This document shows positions 1-9,690 of a stretch of DNA of 49,209 nt, piece after piece; position 1 is the first letter of the stretch, and each line of letters begins with the position of its first letter. Position numbers and translations under genes: made by a program. A model generated the notes under the pieces. That model ran no database searches. It had not been told where the DNA came from and saw only the letters and a program-made list of their open reading frames with translations. Location of the stretch: positions 1-49,209 of the forward strand of contig JBFGJH010000018.1 in NCBI GenBank assembly GCA_041577335.1. The letters run 5' to 3'. This stretch comes from Acidimicrobiia bacterium. GTDB lineage: Bacteria; Actinomycetota; Acidimicrobiia; Spongiisociales; JAENVV01.

Positions 1-74
1 GCGCAACCGCACGACGCCGGTCGGGCGCATCGGCAGTTGCCGCCTCGCCACAGCCCGCTGCATTGCCCGAGAAC

Positions 75-216
75 CGCATCCTTCAGCCGCACTCATGTTG
101 TCGGGTGTGACGACGCGGTCGCCTCACCCGACCCAATGAGGCGAGAACGCTTCGCGTTCTCGAATGCAGTTGCGCAGCAACTGCGCGGTGGCGGAACCTC
201 CCCCTCTAACTCCCCC
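75..216 (+). repeat. REP-like family B copy (degenerate), interrupted by a double-hairpin cassette at 142-184
   Basis: gcactcatgttgtcgg and ggtggcggaacctccccctctaactccccc match the copies at 9580-9690 and 4033-4135; cassette cgagaacgc-ttc-gcgttctcg + gcagttgc-gca-gcaactgc recurs inverted at 15971-16015. Confidence 0.65.
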
Positions 217-268
217 AAGTTGCGCGAATCGCGATTAGCGGACCGCGAATCGCTCTTACACTGTTCTG

Positions 269-946
269 ATGCCGTCTTTTGTGTGTTCGTCTTGTGGCGC
301 CGAGTTCACGCTGCCGCAGGCGGTGCTCGATAGGTATCCCGGTTGGACACCTCGTTCGTGTATGGAGTGCCGGGACAAGTCTGCAAGCCCTGGACCCTCT
401 TCGGGAGCTTCGCGATCTCGACCCAAGACGTCCAAGCCCAAGCGCTCTGCAACCGCCAACAACAATCTCACTCTGGCCGAGGTTCTCGACCGATTCGCTG
501 ACGGCCCGACGGACGGCGTCTTCACGGATGGGAGCTCGGTTCCCAACCCGGGCCCTGGTGGTTGGGGCTCCGTTTACGTCTCCAAGGGTGAAATCGTCGA
601 CCAGGCGTTCGGGCACCACGAAGAAGAGACCACCAACAATCGTATGGAGCTGACCGCCATCATCGAAGGCATCAAATTGGTGCCCGCCGGCGAAGCGGCC
701 GTGGTGTACACCGACTCCAACTTGGCCGCCCGCACCATCAACGAATGGGCCGAGGGATGGGCCCGCAACAGCTGGCGACGAAAGAACAACGCACCCGTCG
801 CCAACCTCGATCTCGTCCAAGAGTTGTACGACCTGACCAAGGCACGTCCCGAGATCACGATTCGCTGGATCCGAGCACATTCAGGCAGTCGGTGGAACGA
901 ATATGCCGACGCGCTGTCTACCGCGTGGCAGCGCGACACGTTGTAG
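269..946 (+). CDS. rnhA: Ribonuclease HI with N-terminal CxxC...CxxC zinc-ribbon domain
   Basis: RNase HI motifs VFTDGS..NPGPGGWG, TTNNRMEL, YTDS, WIRAHSG..WNE.AD; N-terminal CSSC...CMEC; TACACT -10 at 257-262, 6 nt before ATG (leaderless-type). Confidence 0.92.
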   Translation: MPSFVCSSCGAEFTLPQAVLDRYPGWTPRSCMECRDKSASPGPSSGASRSRPKTSKPKRSATANNNLTLAEVLDRFADGPTDGVFTDGSSVPNPGPGGWGSVYVSKGEIVDQAFGHHEEETTNNRMELTAIIEGIKLVPAGEAAVVYTDSNLAARTINEWAEGWARNSWRRKNNAPVANLDLVQELYDLTKARPEITIRWIRAHSGSRWNEYADALSTAWQRDTL

Positions 947-955
947 CCTTTTGGC

Positions 956-1108
956 ATGGCCAAATACTCACTGGGCAACGCCTTCACGAACTGGCGAGAT
1001 TCGGACCTTCCCGTGCTGGAGAAGGCTCGACTCACCGCGAAGAACAACCTGATCAAGCTTCGAACCGGAAAGGGTTGCTGTGGCAATCACGGCGAGCCCG
1101 GCTGTTGA
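956..1108 (+). CDS. Small Cys-rich protein MAKYSLGNAFTNWRDSDLPVLEKARLTAKNNLIKLRTGKGCCGNHGEPGC (50 aa); possibly extends through UGA=Sec to 1168
   Basis: Hand-translated, below the ORF-track cutoff; fills the rnhA-uppS gap; TAGCCT -10-like hexamer at 944-949, 6 nt before ATG; C-terminal CCGxHGxPGC. Confidence 0.75.
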   Translation: MAKYSLGNAFTNWRDSDLPVLEKARLTAKNNLIKLRTGKGCCGNHGEPGC

Positions 1109-1189
1109 GCGGGCCTCTCGGAGCCCAGTTCGGGCTCTCACGACCATGACCACCCACACGACCACTGAGATCACGACGCCGGGGCGGCG

Positions 1190-1963
1190 ATGGTCAGCCT
1201 GACCGGCCCGGTCTACCGGCTCTACGAGAGACGCCTCGAGGCGTCGCTGGACCCGGCTCGGTTCCCCCACCACATAGGAATCATCCTCGACGGACATCGG
1301 CGCTACGCCCGGTCGGCCGGCTTGCCCGACTACACGGCCGCCTACCGGGCCGGCATGGCGAAATTCGAGAACTTCCTCGGATGGGCCGAGGAGCTGGAGA
1401 TTCCCACGATCACGGGTTGGGTGTTGAGCACACAAAACCTCGACCGCCCGCCTGAAGAGCTGGAGCCGTATTTCGATGTCCTCATCGAGTTGTTCGCCCG
1501 ACTCCCTGACCTCGCCTCCCGGTACGACATGAAGATTCGCGTCATCGGCAGCCTCGACCTGCTCCCAGCCAGGCTGGTGGCCGCCGCCAAGCAGATGGAA
1601 GAGCGGCGTCCGACCGGCAGCCGACGGCTGAACATCGCCATGGGCTACGGCGGCCATGAGGAGATCGCCGATGCGGTGCGGGAGCTGGTCGCCAGGTTGG
1701 TGACCGAAGGAGTCCCTCCCGAGGAGATTCCTACGCACATCACTCCCGAGACTTTGAGTGGGCACATGTACCTGTCGGATCTGCCCAACGCCGACCTGAT
1801 CATCCGCACGTCGGGTGAGTCGCGGCTGTCGGGTTTCTTGCTGTGGCAGTCCGCATACGCCGAGTTCTCATTCGTCGATGTCTACTGGCCAGCCTTCCGC
1901 CGCATCGACTTCTTCCGATCCCTTCGCGAGTATGGCCGGCGTGAGCGACGCTTCGGAAAGTAG
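1190..1963 (+). CDS. uppS: cis-isoprenyl diphosphate synthase (UppS family, Rv1086-like subtype)
   Basis: HIGIILDGHRR, DLIIRTSGESRLSGFLLWQSAYAE, C-terminal RRFGK. Confidence 0.92.
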   Translation: MVSLTGPVYRLYERRLEASLDPARFPHHIGIILDGHRRYARSAGLPDYTAAYRAGMAKFENFLGWAEELEIPTITGWVLSTQNLDRPPEELEPYFDVLIELFARLPDLASRYDMKIRVIGSLDLLPARLVAAAKQMEERRPTGSRRLNIAMGYGGHEEIADAVRELVARLVTEGVPPEEIPTHITPETLSGHMYLSDLPNADLIIRTSGESRLSGFLLWQSAYAEFSFVDVYWPAFRRIDFFRSLREYGRRERRFGK

Positions 1964-2579
1964 CGCCGGGTCGGCGCCGAGTGACATCGATCTCGCGGCG
2001 TTCGTCGCCGACCGGACCGCCACCGTCGAACTCGAGGACGGAACCCACATCGTCGTCCGACCGGCGACCCGGGCCGACCGGGACTACTTGCTGGAGGGCT
2101 TGAGCCAACTCAGCGAGCGCTCCATCTACACCCGGTTCCTCCGGCCCATGCGGGAGCTTTCCGAACGCGAGCTCGAACATCTTCTGTCAGTGGATCAGCA
2201 CGACCACTTCGCTTGGGCGGCGTTCACTGAGGATGGGCACCCGGTGGGAGTGGCCCGTTATATCCGCGAGGCGCACCGTCCGTCCTATGCCGAAGCGGCC
2301 GTCACCGTCGTCGATCGTTTTCAGCGCCGCGGAATCGGCAGGGTGCTCGTCCAACTGCTGGCAGAGTCGGCCCTTGACAACGGGGTGGAGCACTTCACCG
2401 CATATGTCGGTGAAGACAACGAGGGCTTGGGGGCGGCGCTCGAATCAGCGGGAGCCAAGCCGGTCGAAGTCGATGAATTCGCCACGACGTATGTCATTGA
2501 CCTCCCGCTCCCCCACTCATTCGAGGACTCAGTGCTTCTGGCTGCGCTCAAAGCCGCTGCGCATCCCCCTCAGAGCTGA
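1932..2579 (+). CDS. GNAT family N-acetyltransferase (start uncertain, 1932 or 1941)
   Basis: LSERSIYTRF, GVARY, AEAAVTVVDRFQRRGIG acetyl-CoA binding motif A. Confidence 0.85.
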   Translation: MAGVSDASESSAGSAPSDIDLAAFVADRTATVELEDGTHIVVRPATRADRDYLLEGLSQLSERSIYTRFLRPMRELSERELEHLLSVDQHDHFAWAAFTEDGHPVGVARYIREAHRPSYAEAAVTVVDRFQRRGIGRVLVQLLAESALDNGVEHFTAYVGEDNEGLGAALESAGAKPVEVDEFATTYVIDLPLPHSFEDSVLLAALKAAAHPPQS

Positions 2580-3988
2580 CAGAGCGCCTCGACTTCTTCG
2601 ATCGACACGGGCAAACCTCCGGTGAGGTTCTTTGGTCCCGCTGCTGTCATCAGGATGTCGTCCTCGATCCGCACCCCGATGCCCCGAAACTCCTCGGGCA
2701 CGGGGTGGGTGACCCGCTCGGCGTCGGCCGTCTCCTCGGCTTCCAATTCTTTGGCCTTGGCGGCGCCGAGGCGCATCCTGCGCTGGTAGCGCGCTTCGAG
2801 GTCATAGGGTTGGTTGACGAACTCCACCTCTTGGCGGCCGGCGTCCAAATAGAGGCCAGGCTCGACGGTGAACGCCATGCCTTCGGTAAGCAGCACCGAA
2901 GTCTCGTTGCGCTTATACGGGCCCGCATCGTGCACGTCCATGCCTAGCCAATGACCTAGCCCGTGCATGAAGAACTCGCGATAGTGGTGCATCTCGATGG
3001 TTTGGTCGACAGACCCGGGCACGAGGCCCAGGTCGACCAGACCCTCCGAGACCACCTTGACGGCAACGTCTGTGAGCTCCTTGAACGGTGTTCCGATTTG
3101 TGCGGCGTCAATTGCCGCTTGGTGAGCAGCCAAGACAACCTCGTAGATGGCACGCTGGGGAGTTGTGAAGGTCCCGTTGACCGGAAAGGTCCTTGTGATG
3201 TCGGCTGAGAAGTAGCCGTACTCGGCGGCAGCGTCGATGAGCAGCAGGTCGCCATCCTCCATCATCCGATCGTTCTCCGTGTAGTGCAGGATGCAGGCGT
3301 TCGGCCCTGATGCGACGATCGACGGGTAACCGTTGCGGGGAGATCCGGCACGGCGGAATACCGCCTCCATCTCTGCCTCGGCCTGGTATTCGTACAGGCC
3401 GGGCTTGGTGGCTCGCATCGCGGCGGCGTGACCGTCCACGGAAATCGAGGCGGCCTTGGCGAGCAACTCGACTTCCACCGGTGTCTTGAGCTGGCGAAGC
3501 GCGGCCAGCGCCGCCGTCGGATCCACAATGGCGCGCGGGGCAGCCACTCCATAACGGCTGGCCAGTGCGCTGACTGCCGACGTGGCCGCCAGGACCTCAC
3601 GGTCGAGACGACCGCCGAGGCGGTAATGGACGGCTGATCGTCCTTCGAAACGAGATCGCAGCTCGGTGGCCAGCTCAGCCACAGGAAAGGCTTGGTCGGC
3701 TCCGAACTGGTCCTTGGCACCGTCCACGCCGGCGCGGTAGCCGTTCCACATCTCCATTTCCGGGTCGCGCGGTCGCACGAACAGGACATATTCCTCTTCG
3801 CCGCTCGGGTCGATGATGGCCACCGCGTCGGGCTCGTCGAATCCCGTCAAGAAGAAGAAATCTGAGTCCTGGCGAAACTCGTGATCGACGTCGTCGTTCC
3901 GAACTGCCTCGGTCGCAGCAGGAATCACGGCGATGCCATCCCCAAGAGTCTTGGCGAACTCCCGCCGCCGCCTCAGGTGATTATCCAT
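2570..3988 (-). CDS. pepP: Xaa-Pro aminopeptidase (aminopeptidase P, M24B)
   Basis: FRQDSDFFFLTG, LHY, DAAAEY..ADITRT, HGLGHWLGMDVHD, EPGLY, GVRIEDD; start moved to MDNH. Confidence 0.93.
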   Translation of the reverse strand: MDNHLRRRREFAKTLGDGIAVIPAATEAVRNDDVDHEFRQDSDFFFLTGFDEPDAVAIIDPSGEEEYVLFVRPRDPEMEMWNGYRAGVDGAKDQFGADQAFPVAELATELRSRFEGRSAVHYRLGGRLDREVLAATSAVSALASRYGVAAPRAIVDPTAALAALRQLKTPVEVELLAKAASISVDGHAAAMRATKPGLYEYQAEAEMEAVFRRAGSPRNGYPSIVASGPNACILHYTENDRMMEDGDLLLIDAAAEYGYFSADITRTFPVNGTFTTPQRAIYEVVLAAHQAAIDAAQIGTPFKELTDVAVKVVSEGLVDLGLVPGSVDQTIEMHHYREFFMHGLGHWLGMDVHDAGPYKRNETSVLLTEGMAFTVEPGLYLDAGRQEVEFVNQPYDLEARYQRRMRLGAAKAKELEAEETADAERVTHPVPEEFRGIGVRIEDDILMTAAGPKNLTGGLPVSIEEVEALCQL

Positions 3989-4032
3989 AGTCCAGAATCG
4001 TACCTGGCCTCCGCTGATCTCCTGAAGCCTCC

Positions 4033-4135
4033 TGCGGGGGGTTGGTAAGGGGGAAGGCTCCGCCATCCCCCTACACGGAAGCATGGCGGCGTGTACGTCG
4101 TGCCGACAGGATGTGTGCCGCCGAAGGGCGGCTCA
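4033..4135 (-). repeat. REP-like family B copy, directly after the dehalogenase stop codon
   Basis: Minus strand gccgcccttcggcggc...tgtcgg...ttccgtgtagggggatggcggagccttcccccttaccaacccccc aligns with 49086-49195 and 9580-9690. Confidence 0.75.
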
Positions 4136-5008
4136 GTTGACTCGACCGAAGCCTGATTCGGTCGACCACCTGCGGATTGCCCGGCCGATCGCCGGACCAG
4201 AGTCTTCCTGAATGAAGTGCAGCCCCGGGACCGTGACCTCGGTCTGGTTCTCCCATGTTCGGCAGAACTCTCGCTGCGGCCCGACCAGAATCGATCCGGG
4301 ATCGGCGTTGATGAACAGCTTGGGGAATTGCGCGGTCGGAAGCCAGGCTGCGTAGTCCGACACGATCTGGTGCACGTCGTCGGGCTCGCCTTCGATCGGG
4401 ATCTGGCGCGGCCACGTGAGCGTGGGTCGGCGGCTTTCGCCGGCGTCGAGGTACGGGCGGCGGTACTCGTTCATCACCTCGTCGCTGAGGGTCGCGAGAA
4501 CCGACCCAGGCAGGATGCGCTCGACGAACACATTCTTCTCCAAGACGATCGTCTCACCGGCTTCTGAACGCATTGCTTGGAAGATTGGCCTGGCTTGCTC
4601 TGGCCACGCATCCCATGTGACGGGCTGAACGATGGCTTCCATATAGGCGATGCCGGCGATTCGCTCGGGATGACGCCGCGCCCAGTCGAAGCCAAGGCCC
4701 GATCCCCAGTCGTGAACGACCAGTGTCACCCGGTTGCCCAGATCGAGGTGATCGAGCAACCCGTCCAGGTACTCACGGTGCTCCACGAACCGATAACTAT
4801 CCGGCCCGGAGTCGGGGAGCTTGTCCGAGTCGCCCATACCGATGAGGTCCGGCGCCACCAGGCGACCGGCTTCCTCGAGCTCCGCCATCACGTGCCGCCA
4901 CAGAAACGACGAGGTCGGGTTTCCGTGAAGGAAAACCATGGCGTCACCCTCGCCGCGATCCAGATAAGCCATTTGCTTGCCCTTGATGGTGGCGTACTGC
5001 TTGGTCAT
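4133..5008 (-). CDS. Haloalkane dehalogenase (alpha/beta hydrolase, LinB/DhaA-like)
   Basis: HGNPTSS, APDLIGMGDS, VHDWGS nucleophile elbow, LTWPRQIP, GLHFIQED; GAGGGAG RBS before MTKQ. Confidence 0.92.
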   Translation of the reverse strand: MTKQYATIKGKQMAYLDRGEGDAMVFLHGNPTSSFLWRHVMAELEEAGRLVAPDLIGMGDSDKLPDSGPDSYRFVEHREYLDGLLDHLDLGNRVTLVVHDWGSGLGFDWARRHPERIAGIAYMEAIVQPVTWDAWPEQARPIFQAMRSEAGETIVLEKNVFVERILPGSVLATLSDEVMNEYRRPYLDAGESRRPTLTWPRQIPIEGEPDDVHQIVSDYAAWLPTAQFPKLFINADPGSILVGPQREFCRTWENQTEVTVPGLHFIQEDSGPAIGRAIRRWSTESGFGRVN

Positions 5009-5018
5009 GGCGACTCCC

Positions 5019-6374
5019 TCACAAATCGAACGCCCGGACCAGGAACGTGGCCAACTGGGCCCGGGTGACATGCTCGTCTGGACAATACTCACTGCCGTCG
5101 GCGACGCACCCGGCAGTGACGCCCGCGGCGGAGAGCGTCTCGATGGCGGCGGCGTGAATGGTGTCGCCCGTGTCGCTGAAGGTCACCGGCTCCATAGGGT
5201 CCCAGCCGAGCGCTCGAACCAAGAAACTCGCCATTTGAGCCCTGGTAACGGGTAGGTCGGGACAGTACCGGTCGCCTTCTGTATTACAGCCCGACGTTAC
5301 GCCTGCCTGGGCCAATGCTTCGATAGCTCCGGCGTGGGGTGAAGCATCGACATCGACGAACCTCGACGGCTCTTGCGGGCTGAGGCCGAGGGCTCTCATG
5401 AGGAAGCTGGCCATCTGCCCGCGCGTCACCGCATCTCCTGGACAGAACCGATCACCTTCGGCGTTGCATCCTGACGTGATCCCTGCCTCCACCAGGATTT
5501 CGATAGCTTGTTGATGGATGCTGGCATCGTCATCTCGAAACGTGCCCTGCCACACCAGCACGAGCCCCTCCACCGCCAGGACATCGTTGATCGACTCGGC
5601 GATGAACTCGACGGCCTCGATCCCGGCCGCTTCGGTACTCCAACCGTCGCTGAGTATTGCAACGGCGTAGCCCCCGCCCGACGGATCGTCGATGAAACCA
5701 ACCGAATTGATCCGCCACCCGCTCCCTGTGAGGGGGAAGAAACCGTTCTTCATGGGATGGGTCCAGCCCTCCGGCAGACCCGCGGTGATACCCCACTGTT
5801 GTGATGCGATCACGCCTTCCATGTAATCCCTCGCCCGAGTGCTCGAGTCGGCATCGAAATGGCCGCCCTCGCCCAACAGCACCTGTCGAACGAGCCCTGT
5901 CTGATCAGCTGCGCTCGTCGAGGTTCCGCCCCACGGAGTCGCCGCAACGGTGTCGTCGAGGCCCAAGCGATCGTCGAGGGAGCTCATTCCGGATTGGCCT
6001 CCGAGGCTGAGCCACAGACTCGATGCGGGCGGATCGGCCGACTCGGCGATCATCGGCACGATCAACGCGTCCTCGGCTGCGGTGACGTCTCGGTCTTCGT
6101 CTTGGGCTCGCAGCAGGACGCCCGCCATGAGCTCGATCTTGAGCACGGAGGCCGTCGTGATTCGGCCCTCTGGCCGAAGGTCGTAACTGCATTCGGTGCG
6201 CGTGTCGTAGATGGCCGCAGTGAAGCGCTGGCCAGGCCACGCCGCCAGCAACTCGGCATCGATGCCGACGAAGGGATCGAGGTCGTCGCACGTGATCGTG
6301 TGATCCTCGGCGGCGGCCGGAACGCCGAGGGCGACCAGCCCGGCGAACACGGCGAACACGAGCATTCGCTTCAT
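5019..6374 (-). CDS. Secreted serine hydrolase (class A beta-lactamase-like fold) with three C-terminal SLH-type repeats
   Basis: Signal peptide; SxxK (TASVLK), KNG; three F.D....H..AI..L...G.T.GC.....CP...VTR.QMA.FL.RA repeats. Confidence 0.85.
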   Translation of the reverse strand: MKRMLVFAVFAGLVALGVPAAAEDHTITCDDLDPFVGIDAELLAAWPGQRFTAAIYDTRTECSYDLRPEGRITTASVLKIELMAGVLLRAQDEDRDVTAAEDALIVPMIAESADPPASSLWLSLGGQSGMSSLDDRLGLDDTVAATPWGGTSTSAADQTGLVRQVLLGEGGHFDADSSTRARDYMEGVIASQQWGITAGLPEGWTHPMKNGFFPLTGSGWRINSVGFIDDPSGGGYAVAILSDGWSTEAAGIEAVEFIAESINDVLAVEGLVLVWQGTFRDDDASIHQQAIEILVEAGITSGCNAEGDRFCPGDAVTRGQMASFLMRALGLSPQEPSRFVDVDASPHAGAIEALAQAGVTSGCNTEGDRYCPDLPVTRAQMASFLVRALGWDPMEPVTFSDTGDTIHAAAIETLSAAGVTAGCVADGSEYCPDEHVTRAQLATFLVRAFDL

Positions 6375-6434
6375 GGAGGGTTTCTACCGGCTCGATGCTC
6401 CGCTGTACCGGCGCGTCGGCGCATGGGTACCACG

Positions 6435-7802
6435 TCAGTCGTCGAGGATCTGCGAGATGTTCGCCCGGGCGGCTGCAATCTGGCGAGCCACCTCGGCAAA
6501 GCTGCCGCCTCCGGGGGAGGTACGGCGTCGCACGGAGTCGGCGACGTCGATTCGGGCAAGATCCTCGGCGACAAACCTCGGGTCGGCGGCCGACAGATCG
6601 GCCTCGGTTGCTAGGGCCAGCGACCGGCCAGCGGCTGCGAGCTGGGCGATGAGTCGACCAACTGCCTCATGGGCCTCTCGGAAGGGAACCCCTCGGGTGG
6701 TCAGGGATTCGGCGAGATCGAGAGCTGTGACATCCGCACCTGGCTCCGGCGGATGGAATGAAGCCGTCGCGATCAGTCCGCCCAGCGCCTCCAGAGCTCC
6801 GGCCAACACATCGTCGGCGTGAAAGGCAGCTCGTTTGTCCTCCTGGAAATCACGGTTGTAGGTGAGTGGCAGGCCCTTCTGCAGCGCCAGGAGCGCAGTG
6901 ACGTCGCCGATCGCGGTTGCGGCCCGACCTCGCACCAATTCCGCGATATCGGGGTTCTTCTTCTGCGGCATTGCGCTCGAGCCGGTGGCGAATGAGTCAT
7001 GGAGCGTCATCCACCCGAATTCGGATGATGACCACAGAATGATCTCTTCCGAGAGTCTCGACAGGTGCACCATCGTCTGCGCAGCCGCGAATACATATTC
7101 GGCCACGACGTCTCGCGCACCGACAGCGTCCATCGAATTGACGAAGTGCCATTGCCAGCCGAGCGCCTGCGCAGAGATGGCTGGGTCCAGGGGGAGGCTG
7201 CTGCCACCGGAGGCGGACGCCCCGAGCGGCGACACCTCGAGCCTCCCGACCGCCGCCGAGATGCGTTGGGCGTCTCGGCGCAGCATCTCGGCGTATGCCA
7301 GGAGGTGATGAGCGAACGGTACCGCCTGCGCCTGTTGCAGATGGGTGTAGCTCGGTACGATCACGTCGGCGAGGTTTTGCGCTTGATCGACCAGCACGGA
7401 GGCAAAGCCGGCGATGCGCTTGATCTGGTCACGACCCGACCGGGCAAGATAGAGCCGGATGTCGAGGGCTACCTGATCGTTGCGGCTCCGCCCTGTGTGG
7501 AGCTTCTTGGCGACATCACCGATCAGTTCGATGAGCCTTCGCTCGACCGCCGAGTGAACATCCTCGTCGGAGTCGGTGAACTCGAATGTCCCGGTGCTTG
7601 CCTCGGCCTCCACGCGTCGCAGGCCTTCAGCGAGCAGAACGGCCTCGTCGCCGGTCAGGATCCCCTGCTCTCCCAGCATCGTGACGTGGGCGAGCGAGCC
7701 CCGGATGTCATCGGCCAGCATCCGCCGATCGCTGTAATCAACCGTGAACGCCCACAACCGCGCGTCAGGCCCGTCGGCAAAGCGACCACTCCACAGGGTC
7801 AC
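6435..7802 (-). CDS. argH: Argininosuccinate lyase
   Basis: [36 protein letters not shown]. Confidence 0.96.
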   Translation of the reverse strand: MTLWSGRFADGPDARLWAFTVDYSDRRMLADDIRGSLAHVTMLGEQGILTGDEAVLLAEGLRRVEAEASTGTFEFTDSDEDVHSAVERRLIELIGDVAKKLHTGRSRNDQVALDIRLYLARSGRDQIKRIAGFASVLVDQAQNLADVIVPSYTHLQQAQAVPFAHHLLAYAEMLRRDAQRISAAVGRLEVSPLGASASGGSSLPLDPAISAQALGWQWHFVNSMDAVGARDVVAEYVFAAAQTMVHLSRLSEEIILWSSSEFGWMTLHDSFATGSSAMPQKKNPDIAELVRGRAATAIGDVTALLALQKGLPLTYNRDFQEDKRAAFHADDVLAGALEALGGLIATASFHPPEPGADVTALDLAESLTTRGVPFREAHEAVGRLIAQLAAAGRSLALATEADLSAADPRFVAEDLARIDVADSVRRRTSPGGGSFAEVARQIAAARANISQILDD

Positions 7803-9001
7803 TCCCCTTCTCCCAGCCTCGCCTCGGCTATCCGCCGGAGTCGTAGGGCGTTCAGGCGTATGAAGCCGGCCGCGTCTGCCTGGTCGTATACGTCGTCTTC
7901 TTCGAAGGTCACGGTTGCATGGTCGTAGAGCTCGAAGTCGGAGCGACGCCCTTCGGTGTACACGCCGCCCTTGTAGAGCTTCAGCCTCGCTTCCCCACTC
8001 ACCCTCTCTTGAACAGTGTCCATGAACGACTGCAACGCCTCCCGCTCAGGTGCGAACCAGAACCCGTTGTAGACCATCTCGGCATAGCGGGGAATCAGCT
8101 CATCGCGTAGATGCATGACTTCGCGGTCGAGGGTCAGTGACTCGACCGCTCGGTGGGCATAGTGGAGAACCGTCCCACCAGGCGTCTCGTAGACGCCGCG
8201 CGATTTCATGCCAACGAAGCGATTCTCGACGATGTCGACTCTTCCCACACCGTGGCGGCCGGCAATCGTATTGAGCCTGGCTAGGAGTGCGGCCGGTGCC
8301 AGCGCCTCACCGTCGATGGCAACCGGGTCGCCCTTCTCGTAGGTGATGGTGATGGTCTCGCTCTCGTCCGGCGCCAGTTCCGGATCGACAGTCATGGAGA
8401 ACATCCCGGCCGGCGGGGCCACCCACGGATCTTCCAGCACTCCACCCTCGTAGGAAATATGGAGGAGGTTGGCGTCGGTGGAATACGGCTTCTCCGGTGT
8501 CACCGGGACAGGAATGCCGTGCTCCTCGGCGTAGCGGACGCAATCGGCCCGGCCCTTCAGCGACCACTCCCGCCATGGCGCGATGACTTTGATGTCTGGC
8601 TTCAACGCGAACGCCGACATCTCGAATCGAACCTGATCGTTCCCCTTGCCGGTTGCGCCATGCGCAATGGCATCTGCTCCGGTCTGCTCGGCCGCTCGTA
8701 CCAATCCCTTGGCGATCACCGGGCGCGCCAGCGAGGTGCCGAGCAGGTAATGGCCTTCGTAGACCGCGTTGGCTCGCAACGCCGGGAATACATAGTCGGC
8801 GACGAATTCGTCGGTGAGTACTTCGGCGATGGCCTCGGTGGCGCCTGTCTCGAGAGCCTTCGCCTTGGCGTCAGCGACTTCGTCGCCCTGTCCTACGTCG
8901 GCGGTGTACGCAACCACCTCGACGCCATGCTCGTCCATGAGCCAGCGAAGAATGACCGACGTGTCGAGCCCTCCGGAATACGCCAGGACAACCTTCTTCA
9001 T
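7799..9001 (-). CDS. argG: Argininosuccinate synthase
   Basis: [41 protein letters not shown]. Confidence 0.97.
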   Translation of the reverse strand: MKKVVLAYSGGLDTSVILRWLMDEHGVEVVAYTADVGQGDEVADAKAKALETGATEAIAEVLTDEFVADYVFPALRANAVYEGHYLLGTSLARPVIAKGLVRAAEQTGADAIAHGATGKGNDQVRFEMSAFALKPDIKVIAPWREWSLKGRADCVRYAEEHGIPVPVTPEKPYSTDANLLHISYEGGVLEDPWVAPPAGMFSMTVDPELAPDESETITITYEKGDPVAIDGEALAPAALLARLNTIAGRHGVGRVDIVENRFVGMKSRGVYETPGGTVLHYAHRAVESLTLDREVMHLRDELIPRYAEMVYNGFWFAPEREALQSFMDTVQERVSGEARLKLYKGGVYTEGRRSDFELYDHATVTFEEDDVYDQADAAGFIRLNALRLRRIAEARLGEGE

Positions 9002-9459
9002 CAGCCCGCTCCGATCTGTTCAAGCCGCTTGGCCACGCGTTTCCCACCCACGCCCTCGGATGCGATCACGAGCAACGTGTCGTCGCCGGCAATCGTGCCC
9101 AGCACCCCGTCGAGGGGGGCCGTGTCAACCGATGCCGCGACGACGTGGGCCGCGCCGGGAGAGGTTCGTACCACCACGATGTTGCCGGAAACCGTTATCG
9201 ATTCGGCGAAGCCAGAGAGGGCCGAAGCCAGCGACTCGAACGCCTCACCGGTAGGGATCGGCTCTTCTGGCAGCACGTAGCGGAGGCGCGATCCGTCACG
9301 CAGCTTCACCGCCCCAAGCGCATGCAGGTCCCGTGACACTGTCGCCTGGGTGACGTCGTAGTCCTGGTTCAACAAGAGGTCGACCAGGGCCTTTTGTGAG
9401 GACACCTTGTTGTCGAGAAGAAGCCGCCGGATGAGGCGCCGCCGAGCCGCAGTATTCAT
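9001..9459 (-). CDS. argR: Arginine repressor
   Basis: TQATVSRDL winged helix; GTIAGDDT. Confidence 0.95.
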   Translation of the reverse strand: MNTAARRRLIRRLLLDNKVSSQKALVDLLLNQDYDVTQATVSRDLHALGAVKLRDGSRLRYVLPEEPIPTGEAFESLASALSGFAESITVSGNIVVVRTSPGAAHVVAASVDTAPLDGVLGTIAGDDTLLVIASEGVGGKRVAKRLEQIGAG

Positions 9460-9462
9460 GCC

Positions 9463-9497
9463 CGCACGATTATGCAGCAGCCCGCATATTCATGCAA
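9463..9497 (-). promoter_or_regulatory. Tandem ARG boxes overlapping the argR-argG-argH promoter
   Basis: Minus strand TGCATGAATATGCG and TGCATAATCGTGCG at 20-bp period; TTGCAT-17 nt-CATAAT promoter 9 nt before argR ATG. Confidence 0.8.
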
Positions 9498-9579
9498 CTC
9501 GGCGTAGGGCGCTCCTTCCCTCTGCCCGCCCTCCGAGCAGCCGACTGTTCCTCGATTCTTGAAGGTCCGTCGACAATCT

Positions 9580-9690
9580 CGAAGAGAGTTGGTGAGGGAG
9601 CAGGCTCCGCCATTCCGCTTTCACAGAGGTGTCGGGACGTGCGCCCGACACCGACAACATGAGCGCCGCCGAAGTGCGGCACGACCAGAA
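9580..9690 (-). repeat. REP-like family B copy downstream of argB
   Basis: Minus strand ctggtcgtgccgcacttcggcggcgctcatgttgtcggtgtcgggcgcacgtcccgacacctctgtg... is colinear with 49086-49195. Confidence 0.8.

Noticed and set aside
1146..1202. Thr-rich short ORF MTTHTTTEITTPGRRWSA resembling an attenuator leader peptide
   Set aside because: No RBS or attenuator terminator, and the downstream gene is uppS rather than a Thr/Ile pathway gene; it is the alternate frame of the cacgac-type repeats encoding the His/Asp tail.
5019..6374. Calling this an antibiotic-resistance beta-lactamase
   Set aside because: SDN motif is altered and no clear class A omega-loop Glu is seen; the fold alone does not imply resistance.
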